This document shows, piece by piece, positions 8,812 through 18,459 of a stretch of 59,330 nucleotides of DNA. The DNA is taken from contig CAWBGA010000015.1 of the NCBI GenBank assembly GCA_963788195.1, forward strand, positions 1-59,330. Reading direction: 5' to 3'. The notes below the pieces were generated by a model. The model searched no databases. It worked only from the letters and a program-made list of their open reading frames with translations, and was not told where the DNA came from. The number at the start of each line of letters is the position of its first letter. Positions within the stretch are counted from its first letter, which is position 1. Position numbers and translations under genes: made by a program. Source of the DNA: Nitrospirota bacterium (GTDB taxonomy: Bacteria > Nitrospirota > Nitrospiria > Nitrospirales > NS-4).

Positions 8812-11800
8812 TGGAGACTCTCCTTAGACTGTCGCTTCAGTACCGCTTTTTCACGCTCGTCATGATCATCCTAGTCGTCGTCGGTGGGGTCGCGTCGCTC
8901 ACGCGCTTAACGATTGATGCGATGCCGGATTTGACTCCGGTCCAGGTGCAAATCCTCACCCGGTCACCGGCGCTCGGCCCTGTCGAAGTGGAACAATTTG
9001 TCACCTTTCCCATTGAAATGTCCCTTAACGGCCTGCCCGGCCTGCGGGAATTGCGGTCGGTTTCCCGCTATGGGCTCTCGGCGGTGACAGCCATTTTCGA
9101 TGACAGTTTGGACCGGTATTTCGTCCGGCAACTTGTGAACGAACGACTGTCCCTCGCGATCGAGCGCATTCCCCCTGGATATGGTCGCCCCATGATGGGA
9201 CCGCACACCACGGGCCTTGGTGAGGTGTACCAGTTCATCGTCAAAGGAAACGGTTACAGCGCCATGGCCTTGCGGACGTTGCTTGAGTGGGACATCGGCA
9301 TGCGGCTTCGGACGGTGCCGGGCGTCGTGGAAGTCAACATTTGGGGCGGCGAGACAAAACAGTATCACGTCATCGTCGATCCCTCCAAGTTGCTGGCCTA
9401 TCGGCTCACGCTCAGACAAATCTTCGAGTCGCTGGAGCGTAACAATGCGATCGCGGGAGGCGGATACATCGAGCACCAGCGCGAACAATTCTTGATCCGC
9501 GGCGATGCCTTGGCCAAGAACACCCGCGAGATCGCGCAAATTGTGCTCGCCCATGGAGACGGGGGCGTTCCGATCATGGTCGGCAACGTGGCGGAGGTCA
9601 AAGAGGGCCCCGCGCTGCGGATCGGGGCGGCGACTGCGATGGGGCAAGGGGAAACGGTCATCGGCATGGTGCAAATGCTTGCCGGTGAGAATGCACAACA
9701 GGTCGTAGACCGCGTCAAGACACGGATCAAGGAACTCCAAGCGAGTCTTCCCGCGGGCGTCAGCATCGAACCCTATTACGACCGGAGCATCTTCGTATCC
9801 AAGGTTATCCGGACCGTGCGAAACAATCTCTTGGAAGGCGGGCTGCTCGTCATCGCCGTCCTGTTTTTGTTCCTCGGTAACTTCCAGGCCGGCCTGATTG
9901 TGGCGTCGGCCATCCCGCTCTCGATGCTCATCGCCTGTATGGGAATGGTGCAAGCCGGCCTTTCCGGTAACTTAATGAGTCTGGGGGCGATTGATTTTGG
10001 CTTGCTCGTCGATGGCTCGGTGGTCATGATGGACAACATACTTCGCAGGCTTGCGCTTCAGCGTCCCACCAGCCCCCACGCAAAGCTCCTCGAGGTGGAG
10101 GCGGCCGGGCGCGAAGTCCTTCGGCCGGTCGTCTTTGCGGTCAGCATCATTATCCTGGTGTATGTGCCAATTCTCATGCTGACCGGCCTTGAAGGAAAAA
10201 TGTTTCGTCCCATGGCCGTCACGGTGATTCTCGCTCTGGCCGGCTCTCTCCTACTGGCGGTCACTGCCATCCCAGCGCTGGCTTTTTGGTTCGTGCGGTC
10301 TAAAGCAGAGCAGCATGAGACAAGAATGTTATCCTCGATACGGCGGCGCTTTGCCCCCGTCCTCGGATGGTCGGTTGCGCGACCCCGTTGGGTCCTCACT
10401 GCAGCGATCGTTTTATTCCTTGTCAGCCTAGGCATCGGCTGGACGCTCGGGGTGGAATTTGTGCCGCGATTGGATGAAGGCGACTTTGCGCTGAATGTGT
10501 GGCGACTGCCCAGCGTGTCATTGACCGAATCTGTTGAGACAGCTCTGATGATTGAGCGGGTGTTACGAGGGTTCCCCGAAGTCACGAACGTAGTAACGAG
10601 AACCGGAAGCCCCGAGGTTGCCACCGATGTAATGGGAATCGAATTATCGGATGTCTTTGTGAATCTTAAGCCGCGACGGGAGTGGACCACGGCGCGAGGC
10701 CGCGAAGACCTCATCGCCAAGATGAAACATGCCATTCTCGATGCGGTGCCGGGTATCGGGCTTGGATTCACCCAGCCGATCGAGATGCGATTTAATGAAC
10801 TGATCGCCGGGTCGCGCTCCGATCTTGTGATCAAGATTTTCGGACCAGATCTCGAGGTATTGCGGCAGAACGCGAATCGGGTCGCGGAGGCACTGAGCAA
10901 GGTGCCTGGTGCGGCCGATGTCAAGGTAGAACAAACCGCGGGTCTGCCAGTAATCTCGATCAGTATTGATCGAACCCAGATCGGCCGATACGGGCTCAAT
11001 GCCGATGATGTGCTATCCGTTATCCAATCGACCCGTGTAGGACAAGTGGTCGGCACGATTGTGCAGGATCAGCGTCGATTTGATCTGGTCCTCCGACTGG
11101 GGGAAGGAATGTCACCGAATCCGGCCGTCATTGGGACGCTGTTGCTTCCTACTCCGCAGGGAGAACTCGTACCGCTCTCGCGCGTCGCGACCATCAAGAC
11201 TGATCTTGGGCCAGCGCAGGTGAGCCGTGAAGCCGTACAACGGCGTATCGCCGTCGAATGCAATATCCGTGGAAGAGACCTGGGCGGATTTGTGCACGAA
11301 GCCCGGCAGATCGTACAGAAGGCGGTTTCTCTGCCAACGGGGTACTACTTGAAATGGGGAGGACAGATCGAACATCTTCAGGATGCATCACGGCGGCTGG
11401 CGGTGGTGATTCCGATTACCCTGCTCCTGATTCTGGGAGTGCTCTATGTAATCTTCGGCACCATGCGGCCCGCGTTGCTGATTTTTTTGAACGTGCCGTT
11501 GGCTCTCTCAGGAGGTGTCATCGCTCTGTGGCTTCGCGGTCTTCCACTGAGTATTTCGGCAGCCGTGGGCTTTATCGCACTGTTCGGCATTGCCGTCCTG
11601 AACGGAGTCGTGCTGGTCAGCCATATCCGAACACTGGAAGCGGCGGGAGTGCCGACAGATGTAGCGATTGTACAAGGGACTATGGATCGGCTTCGCCCCG
11701 TCCTGATAACTGCCCTCGTCGCGAGTCTCGGGTTTCTCCCGATGGCCCTAGCTACCACGATGGGCGCTGAGGTTCAACGCCCGCTCGCAACCGTCGTCAT

Positions 11801-11897
11801 CGGTGGACTCATGACATCCACCGCGCTGACGCTGCTGCTAATTCCGGCAATCTATGGGATGTGGCGTTGGCCTACTGAACGTCCAGGATCATCGTGA
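8811..11897 (+). CDS. czcA: CzcA-type heavy-metal RND permease
   Basis: Motifs IDAMPDLTPVQVQI, SLGAIDFGLLVDGSVV, EGKMFRPMA, QPIEMRFNELIAG, GAEVQRPLATVVIGGL. 1028 aa. Confidence 0.95.
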   Translation: METLLRLSLQYRFFTLVMIILVVVGGVASLTRLTIDAMPDLTPVQVQILTRSPALGPVEVEQFVTFPIEMSLNGLPGLRELRSVSRYGLSAVTAIFDDSLDRYFVRQLVNERLSLAIERIPPGYGRPMMGPHTTGLGEVYQFIVKGNGYSAMALRTLLEWDIGMRLRTVPGVVEVNIWGGETKQYHVIVDPSKLLAYRLTLRQIFESLERNNAIAGGGYIEHQREQFLIRGDALAKNTREIAQIVLAHGDGGVPIMVGNVAEVKEGPALRIGAATAMGQGETVIGMVQMLAGENAQQVVDRVKTRIKELQASLPAGVSIEPYYDRSIFVSKVIRTVRNNLLEGGLLVIAVLFLFLGNFQAGLIVASAIPLSMLIACMGMVQAGLSGNLMSLGAIDFGLLVDGSVVMMDNILRRLALQRPTSPHAKLLEVEAAGREVLRPVVFAVSIIILVYVPILMLTGLEGKMFRPMAVTVILALAGSLLLAVTAIPALAFWFVRSKAEQHETRMLSSIRRRFAPVLGWSVARPRWVLTAAIVLFLVSLGIGWTLGVEFVPRLDEGDFALNVWRLPSVSLTESVETALMIERVLRGFPEVTNVVTRTGSPEVATDVMGIELSDVFVNLKPRREWTTARGREDLIAKMKHAILDAVPGIGLGFTQPIEMRFNELIAGSRSDLVIKIFGPDLEVLRQNANRVAEALSKVPGAADVKVEQTAGLPVISISIDRTQIGRYGLNADDVLSVIQSTRVGQVVGTIVQDQRRFDLVLRLGEGMSPNPAVIGTLLLPTPQGELVPLSRVATIKTDLGPAQVSREAVQRRIAVECNIRGRDLGGFVHEARQIVQKAVSLPTGYYLKWGGQIEHLQDASRRLAVVIPITLLLILGVLYVIFGTMRPALLIFLNVPLALSGGVIALWLRGLPLSISAAVGFIALFGIAVLNGVVLVSHIRTLEAAGVPTDVAIVQGTMDRLRPVLITALVASLGFLPMALATTMGAEVQRPLATVVIGGLMTSTALTLLLIPAIYGMWRWPTERPGSS

Positions 11898-13782
11898 GCC
11901 CACCCGCGCCTTTGATTTCCACATTGTTGTTCGTGGTGTGGTGTGGGATGTGACAGTGCAAGAGCCACTTTCCAGGCCGCCGCGCTTTCCAGATCACGTC
12001 CCAGCGCTGGCCCGGTCCCACATTAATGGTGTCCGCAAGATAGCGGGCAGATGGTGACAACGTCGTGCCATCCAAGGCGACGACCTCAAACGGTCCTCCG
12101 TGAATATGCATCGGGTGCACAAAATTGTTATTCGTCCCGATGAAACGGAATTTCACTGTCTGCCCCACTTTCATCCGGACCACATCGGTTGAAGGATACG
12201 CCTTGCCATTGATGCTGAAATAGTTCGGCAGGCCGCCGTCCATGAGCATCGCGGGGTACGTCAGCCACTCGCGCTTTAGCCACTCTTGAAGCTGAATGAC
12301 GTACTCCAGGTCCGCGCGCGGGCCGGTTTCCTCACGGGGCTCAATAACGAGCGCCCCGTATAGTCCGAGTGCCTGTTGCCGGTCTGCGTGGTCATGGGTG
12401 TGGTAGAAAAATGTCCCTGCCTGCAGAACCGTGTACTCGTAGACATAGGTTCCGCCCGGCGGGACCGGTTCCTGAGTGATATGCGCGGGCCCGTCCATCT
12501 CATTAGGGACCACCAGACCATGCCAGTGAATGGTCGTCGACTCGGGAAGCGAATTCCGGAAGTGGATCCGGACATGGTCGCCCTCCACAAGACGAAGACG
12601 CGGCCCCGGCACCTGCTGATTAAAGGCGTAAGCATCCACGTACACGTCATCAAGAATATTCCACCGGACGACCGAGGCCTCCAGGCGAAACACTTTCGTC
12701 CCATTTTCGATGCGAGGCTCCAACCCCTGGTCGCCCCGCGCATCCTGGGCCGCACGATACGAGACATGCTTGGGGTGGACGGCCGACATGTCACGCATCG
12801 CGGCCGCCGGAGTGTCAAAGTCCATGACCATCCCGCGCGGCATGATGCTCCCGCCGACATCATGTGCGCTTAAAGACAGGTTCACAAAGAGTCCCGGAAC
12901 GATCAAGCCGGCCAGCAGCATTAATGTCGTCACGCCCGCCACCGCCACCAGTTGTGGCGTCGTGACATCGCTCGCCATGTCGGAATGCCCCTCGGGCTTA
13001 CCACGCCTTGCCGTCTGACGCGTCTGGGAATCACTGCCGTGTTGCTCGTGCCCGTGCCCCTGACCGTGTCCTCCAGCCTTCGCGACATCCCGACCCAATG
13101 CGAAACGGGAACCTGCCCGCCGTTCCGTCATGAGCCCGTGCTTAAGGCCGTGCTTGACCATCCACAGGTTCACAGGATACGCAACCGCGAACCCCACGCC
13201 GACACCAAGCGCCATGACGCCCCAGAAGAGCAGCTCAGTGGGCACCATAGCCCGCATGTCGCGTCCCATCATGAGGAAGCTCATCACCGGTGCCATCCCT
13301 GCCATCATTGCGTTCATACTCATGAACTCGGGCAGGAAGGTATGGCGGACGTTGTCCCAGTAGCTCCCGCCCATGATGCGTCGCATAAATAGGGCCTGGA
13401 AGATCAGCAATCCGAAGGCAAAGCCAGCCGTGTACTCGACGATCAGGTCCAACCACATTGGCAGGCCGACAGTCGCGGTGATCACGGCTGCTAGAATGAT
13501 GCCGGTGGCATCGCCTGCGACGCAGTGGATCGTGCTTCCTATACCCTGCTTCCAGAGCGACGCGGTAAACTGCTCGTGCGTGCCAGGCCGCGGCTCCTTG
13601 TCGGCGAGGACATAGATCAGGAGTCCGAATGGACCCAAATAGAGCGTGACGAGGATGAACGCAATACGCATGACCGTCGGCTCCGGGTTGTTCCGGAACT
13701 GGTCCCAGGCCACGTACGCAGTTGAGATGAGAGCTACTACGAACCATGCAAGCAGGAAGTAATCAATGGGTTGAACGATCAT
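11872..13782 (-). CDS. DUF4396 membrane domain fused to a two-domain multicopper oxidase
   Basis: N-terminal STIHCVAGDATG and AYPVNLWMVKHGLKHG (DUF4396-like). Copper motifs HWH, YHTH, HPMHIH, HCHIPHH. Confidence 0.88.
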   Translation of the reverse strand: MIVQPIDYFLLAWFVVALISTAYVAWDQFRNNPEPTVMRIAFILVTLYLGPFGLLIYVLADKEPRPGTHEQFTASLWKQGIGSTIHCVAGDATGIILAAVITATVGLPMWLDLIVEYTAGFAFGLLIFQALFMRRIMGGSYWDNVRHTFLPEFMSMNAMMAGMAPVMSFLMMGRDMRAMVPTELLFWGVMALGVGVGFAVAYPVNLWMVKHGLKHGLMTERRAGSRFALGRDVAKAGGHGQGHGHEQHGSDSQTRQTARRGKPEGHSDMASDVTTPQLVAVAGVTTLMLLAGLIVPGLFVNLSLSAHDVGGSIMPRGMVMDFDTPAAAMRDMSAVHPKHVSYRAAQDARGDQGLEPRIENGTKVFRLEASVVRWNILDDVYVDAYAFNQQVPGPRLRLVEGDHVRIHFRNSLPESTTIHWHGLVVPNEMDGPAHITQEPVPPGGTYVYEYTVLQAGTFFYHTHDHADRQQALGLYGALVIEPREETGPRADLEYVIQLQEWLKREWLTYPAMLMDGGLPNYFSINGKAYPSTDVVRMKVGQTVKFRFIGTNNNFVHPMHIHGGPFEVVALDGTTLSPSARYLADTINVGPGQRWDVIWKARRPGKWLLHCHIPHHTTNNNVEIKGAGGLTMILDVQ

Positions 13783-13841
13783 GGGTTAACCCTCGATGGT
13801 GGTTTTCGAAATCATGGCAAAAACTACTCCGTGAGGTCGTG

Positions 13842-14867
13842 ATGAAACGTTCACTGATTGTCATTGCCGTCACAGGCCTGTTGCTGACGCTGACAGGAGA
13901 TATGTTCACCGCCGCCGCTCAATGGATCACACGTGATGAACGTTGGCCCATGCGAGGGCCCTGGCTCTGGGCTGTCTATAGGGAACTCCCGCAGTTTTAT
14001 CGAGAACTGAACGGAATAGACTTCGGCCATGCCTACCTTGCCGAGACCTTGCTCCACACACAGGACCCTCAGCAGGTCGAACGAGCCCGCCAAGACGTCC
14101 TCGACTTTATCTTTAGTGCGCCTCGTGTTCCGCCCGATGAGGACATTATCGCGCCCACTCTGACCCGCATGATCTGGGAAGCGCACAAGGCGTTCAATTG
14201 GGCGCACACGTTTCACCGAACTGTCTACGATCTCTATGCCAGCGATCAGGTTCAGGACAAAGAGAGTGCCTTGCGCCAGATCTACGCCGACTATATCGCA
14301 AAACCTGAAGCGATCACCTCCCATGCGTTGGATCTACACGGCAAGCTTTGGAGCTTTCCGGAGTCCCAATCGTTCCGAAACAAGTTTCGGAAATTCAACA
14401 CCCAGATCTGGTCTTACCACTGGCTGCAGGCTGCGACCTATGACGTTCAACTGATAGGCCACGCCGGCAAGCAACGTGAATTGATGCCGAAGCTCATTGA
14501 GTTCTATCACAGCTATCTGAAGCAACCGCCCGTTGAGTGGCAATTCATGCCGATGATGGCCGAGGGAGCGCCGAAGTTTGCAGCACACTTCCCGGAGATC
14601 GCAGCCGTCTTCGACAACCTGCACATGTTGCACGACAACATTGACGACATCTTGAGCCGGCCAGACCTCTACCCGACGCTCGAAGTCAAACGTGCCGCTA
14701 TTCTCAAGATTCTACCGATATACCTGCACCGGAATCATGCCCAAGAAGATCGATATGTTGCGTACCATGCGCCAGCCGCGGCTGAACATGCGGGGATGGA
14801 GCATGGTGGTCAGATGAAGGACAGAGGGCCGCGGCCACCGACGGCTGAGCAAGTCCTAGGCAAGTGA
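13842..14867 (+). CDS. Secreted helical protein with His/acidic motifs, function unknown
   Basis: ATG 13842 follows GAGG and begins a signal peptide (MKRSLIVIAV). Motifs NGIDFGH, FNWAHTFH, YHWLQ, FDNLHMLHD. Confidence 0.7.
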   Translation: MKRSLIVIAVTGLLLTLTGDMFTAAAQWITRDERWPMRGPWLWAVYRELPQFYRELNGIDFGHAYLAETLLHTQDPQQVERARQDVLDFIFSAPRVPPDEDIIAPTLTRMIWEAHKAFNWAHTFHRTVYDLYASDQVQDKESALRQIYADYIAKPEAITSHALDLHGKLWSFPESQSFRNKFRKFNTQIWSYHWLQAATYDVQLIGHAGKQRELMPKLIEFYHSYLKQPPVEWQFMPMMAEGAPKFAAHFPEIAAVFDNLHMLHDNIDDILSRPDLYPTLEVKRAAILKILPIYLHRNHAQEDRYVAYHAPAAAEHAGMEHGGQMKDRGPRPPTAEQVLGK

Positions 14868-15655
14868 GAGTTCAAACTATGCGGGGCGTTGTAAAGACCG
14901 TATGCCTGGTGCTGCTGATGGGACTCCCCGTCAACGCTGCATACGCGATCGATCATGACAACTTGGATGAGGGCAGGCCGCTGCGTCTCGAGGATGCCTA
15001 TCCGATTGCTCAGGGAGAGTGGGCGTTGGAAACGGGTGCCGGGCTTTTGGCTCATCGAAACAGCCAGGCGCGGGGGCAGTTTGTTGCGGAGATTTTATAT
15101 GGGCTTGCCCCTAATCTCCAAGTGAGTCTGGGGACAACATTCCTCACCGATCCTAAGAGGATCGAGGAGCAGACCAAATCCGGCGATCTGCAGCTCAGCG
15201 GGCTCTACAACTTCAATCAGGAGACGCTCAATCTCCCCGCGTTCGGCGTGAGGATGACGGTGAACGTCCCCTCAGGAACCGCATCCTCCGGGGTAGACTT
15301 TCGAATCAAAGGTCTTGTCACAAAGTCGATGGGCCGCCTCAGTGTCCATTTCAATCCGGCTTATGAAGTGTTTTCGGGAACGACGCCCTTCGAACGAGAC
15401 GGCCGCTATGAGTTGGCTCTTGGCGCGAGTTACCCGGTCGGCGCGCCGAAGCACACACTGACAACCCTATTAGGCGATGTCTTTACGGAGCAAGCGCCTA
15501 GACGCGGGGATCCACAGATTGCCGGCGCAGAAATCGGCGTACGCCATCAGTGGACGCCATGGACTGTGCTCGATGCCGGCATTGGGACTGAATTTGCGGG
15601 ACCGTCAAACCGATCAAGTTTCTTTGCGACGGTTGGCTTGTCAGTAGGATTCTAA
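14864..15655 (+). CDS. Putative outer-membrane beta-barrel/transporter
   Basis: Signal peptide, IDHDNLDEGRPLRLEDAYPI, alternating beta strands, C-terminal Phe (GLSVGF). Confidence 0.7.
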   Translation: MRVQTMRGVVKTVCLVLLMGLPVNAAYAIDHDNLDEGRPLRLEDAYPIAQGEWALETGAGLLAHRNSQARGQFVAEILYGLAPNLQVSLGTTFLTDPKRIEEQTKSGDLQLSGLYNFNQETLNLPAFGVRMTVNVPSGTASSGVDFRIKGLVTKSMGRLSVHFNPAYEVFSGTTPFERDGRYELALGASYPVGAPKHTLTTLLGDVFTEQAPRRGDPQIAGAEIGVRHQWTPWTVLDAGIGTEFAGPSNRSSFFATVGLSVGF

Positions 15656-15769
15656 ACTGCTGCAGCTCTTCCTTCTTTGGGTGCAATACTAGTCTAAAAG
15701 GTAATTGGTTTCCTCTCGAGGCCCGTGGTCTCATTTGGTCAGGATCGTATCAAAAACAGGAGGACGAAC

Positions 15770-16045
15770 ATGCGCTATATGCTGATAGCACTCATTTTTT
15801 CAGTCGGTCTCATTGGCAATGCCTGGGCAATATCCGAGAAGCAAAAAGCCCTTGATGCAACAATCTCAATGGAAGAAGCCATCAAGATTGCCACGAAGTC
15901 GCAACCTGGTACCAAGCCCTATGAAGTCGAAATGGAAACCGAAAACGGACGGGTTACGTACCGGGTCCAGCTCACCGACGCCGACAAAAAGAAGTACAAG
16001 GTCTATGTGGACGCCCAGGACGGTAAAATCGTCGAAAAGAAGTAA
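15770..16045 (+). CDS. PepSY domain protein
   Basis: AGGAGG RBS, signal peptide, ISMEEAIKIA...YEVEME...VYVDAQDGKI. Confidence 0.85.
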   Translation: MRYMLIALIFSVGLIGNAWAISEKQKALDATISMEEAIKIATKSQPGTKPYEVEMETENGRVTYRVQLTDADKKKYKVYVDAQDGKIVEKK

Positions 16046-16250
16046 TTCGCAAACCAGTCGTCGGGCGCTAGCCTAGGCGAAGGTCTTTCAATCGTACCCG
16101 CTTCTCCGCGCTGGACAGCCGTATCTCAACACGGCCTGTCTGGCGTGGTGAGGTTGGCCCGCCGACTGGCAGATGTCTAGAGCCGCGGGACCGCCCGCCT
16201 TCGTGTCCTCTCTCTATCGTCAGATTCTGTTCACGGCGCGTTAAAAATAG

Positions 16251-16646
16251 ATGAATCGAACACCCACGTGTTTCGTATACCTGATCGCTTTCGCCACGCT
16301 CTTCCTGCCGTCTATAGCCTTAGCGGCCACTGATGAAATGCTTGTGCGGGACATCAATCATCTCCTAGCGTATGTGGAAAGATCCGACTGCATCTTTATA
16401 AGGAATGGCAAAGAACACAGTTCTAAAGAGGCTGCGAACCATCTGAAGACGAAATATGACTACTTCATGTTCAACATCAAGACGCCTGAGGAGTTTATCG
16501 AGAAGGCAGCCTCAAAAAGTATTCTAGGCGGCCAACCGTACTGGGTGCGATGCACCGATCGTTCGCCAACCCCAAGCGCCGAGTGGCTCACCCAGGAATT
16601 GACCAGGTACCGCAATGCTATGCATGACAATGCGTTTGCCAAGTAA
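16251..16646 (+). CDS. DUF5329-like secreted protein
   Basis: Motifs CIFIRNGKEH, AANHLKTKY, EEFIEKAASKS..GQPYWVRC. Confidence 0.75.
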   Translation: MNRTPTCFVYLIAFATLFLPSIALAATDEMLVRDINHLLAYVERSDCIFIRNGKEHSSKEAANHLKTKYDYFMFNIKTPEEFIEKAASKSILGGQPYWVRCTDRSPTPSAEWLTQELTRYRNAMHDNAFAK

Positions 16647-16674
16647 CTTTTTTCACCGGCTTACATAACTCATT

Positions 16675-16704
16675 AGAAAGAGTCACGTCAGAAAGAGTCA
16701 CGTC
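16675..16704. repeat. Perfect 15-bp tandem duplication
   Basis: AGAAAGAGTCACGTC at 16675-16689 and 16690-16704. Confidence 0.9.
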
Positions 16705-16974
16705 GACGGCTCCGGGGTTACCATCCACGTTTAGGGGGAGGCCTATCCCAATAGCGCTGAGTCGACAATTCGCGTCGAGTCTGCGATCACAGCCTAAGGT
16801 CGCCATTTCGTTTCATTCCTTTCCTAATTGCCCGTAGATGACAACTCAGCTACCTAACCCCTGTAGAAGGATCAACCACCATCCGTGGTCTATTCTCGTG
16901 CATGATTTTACGGGTGCGCCGTGCTAGACAACATTGACCGTGTTCTCACATACAGACCGACGGGTGCTCAAACC

Positions 16975-18228
16975 ATGAGACGTTTGAACTGGCTGTTTGC
17001 GATCATTCTCATTTGGGGTTGCGCCTCGGTCCTAAAGGTAAAGGACATTCCGGAGGTGAGGCTCGACCAAGCGGCTTTTTTCCCCACCATTGAAGCTCAC
17101 ACCGACGCCCCCATCATTTCCGGCAATCGCATCGACGTCTTACGCAACGGGGATGAAACGTTTCCAGTCATGCTGCGCGAGATCAAGCATGCGAAATCTA
17201 CCATTACAATGGCGCAGTATCTTTACGAAGATGGCGCTATAGCTCGTGAATTTGCAGAAGCCTTTGCGGATCGCTGCAAGGCGGGCGTCAACGTAAATAT
17301 TCTGCTGGATCACCACGGATCAGGGAAAGTGCCGTCCAACCTTATCAGGATGATGAAAGATTTCGGCTGTCACGTCGAATACTTTCGCCGCATCAAAGCG
17401 GAGGGAATCATTTTCCCGTGGAAATTATTGCGCTACAACTACCGAAGCCACCGGCGAATCCTTGTTATCGACGGTCGGGTCGGATTTACCGGCGGCTACG
17501 GAATCAGCGATGCGTGGACGGGAAATGGGCGCACGCCGGAACATTGGCGTGATACCAACGCGCGAATCGAAGGGCCGGCGGTAAAATTTCTACAAGCCGG
17601 CTTTGCCGAAAGCTGGCTCGAAACAACGGGCGTTGTGATCGGGGGAAAGGGCTTCTTCCCTCCCCTCGAAGCGCGGGGGGAGGTGCCCGCGCAAATCGTC
17701 AAGAGTTCCCCGACAGGCGGCAGTTTTCAAAGTTACATGCTGTTCCTGCTCTCGATCAGCTCGGCCAAAAAATCAATCGCGATTACGAACCCGTACTTCA
17801 TGCCTGACGATGTGATGACCGAAACTTTGCTGAAGGCCGTCGCGCGCGGCGTGCAGGTCTCTGTCCTGGTACCGGGGAAAATAGACAGTCAGATCACGTA
17901 TACCGTGAGCCGCGGCCACTATGGTCCGCTACTCCGCGGAGGCGTTAAGATTTTTGAGTATCAGGCGTGCCTGTTGCATGCGAAAACGATGGTCGTCGAC
18001 GGTGTGTGGGCGACGATCGGCAGCACCAACTTCGATAATCGTTCCTTTGCCTTGAATCAGGAAATCAACCTCACGGTCTACGATCACGACGCGACAACTC
18101 GTCTCGAAGAAATCTTCCACGAAGATTTAAAATACGCCAAGCAAGTGAGTTACGAGGAGTGGAAGTCGCGGGGGATCTATGAACGGCTTGTCGAGCTCTT
18201 TGCCCTCCCAGTTAGAGACCAGCTGTAA
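16975..18228 (+). CDS. cls: Cardiolipin synthase / phospholipase D family
   Basis: Two HKD-type motifs (HRRILVIDG, HAKTMVVDG) and IGSTNFDNRSFALN. ATG 16975 begins a lipoprotein-like signal. Confidence 0.88.
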   Translation: MRRLNWLFAIILIWGCASVLKVKDIPEVRLDQAAFFPTIEAHTDAPIISGNRIDVLRNGDETFPVMLREIKHAKSTITMAQYLYEDGAIAREFAEAFADRCKAGVNVNILLDHHGSGKVPSNLIRMMKDFGCHVEYFRRIKAEGIIFPWKLLRYNYRSHRRILVIDGRVGFTGGYGISDAWTGNGRTPEHWRDTNARIEGPAVKFLQAGFAESWLETTGVVIGGKGFFPPLEARGEVPAQIVKSSPTGGSFQSYMLFLLSISSAKKSIAITNPYFMPDDVMTETLLKAVARGVQVSVLVPGKIDSQITYTVSRGHYGPLLRGGVKIFEYQACLLHAKTMVVDGVWATIGSTNFDNRSFALNQEINLTVYDHDATTRLEEIFHEDLKYAKQVSYEEWKSRGIYERLVELFALPVRDQL

Positions 18229-18459
18229 TCTCGCAGATACTCTGTAGTCCGGTGATGCACTTTAAGCTAGCCGGGGCTTAGCGCCCAGTCGCTCGGCCTT
18301 CGTGCAGTCGTCAACGTCATGACCAAGACGCCTAGCGCGGTCACGCTGCGGATGGAGAAGCTTGGTTTTCCTTTCCTCATCATAGACAGCCTAACGAACC
18401 CTTGATATTATAAGAGCTTCTAAGATTCTGTCTAAGCGAAGCCCTGAAGTACCCCCATC

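Noticed and set aside
8964..11056. Antisense ORFs of ~330 aa within czcA
   Set aside because: They are shadow ORFs opposite a clearly conserved RND gene.
16675..16704. 15-bp tandem repeat as a target-site duplication or operator
   Set aside because: No adjacent element ends or promoter context were found, so it is recorded only as a repeat.
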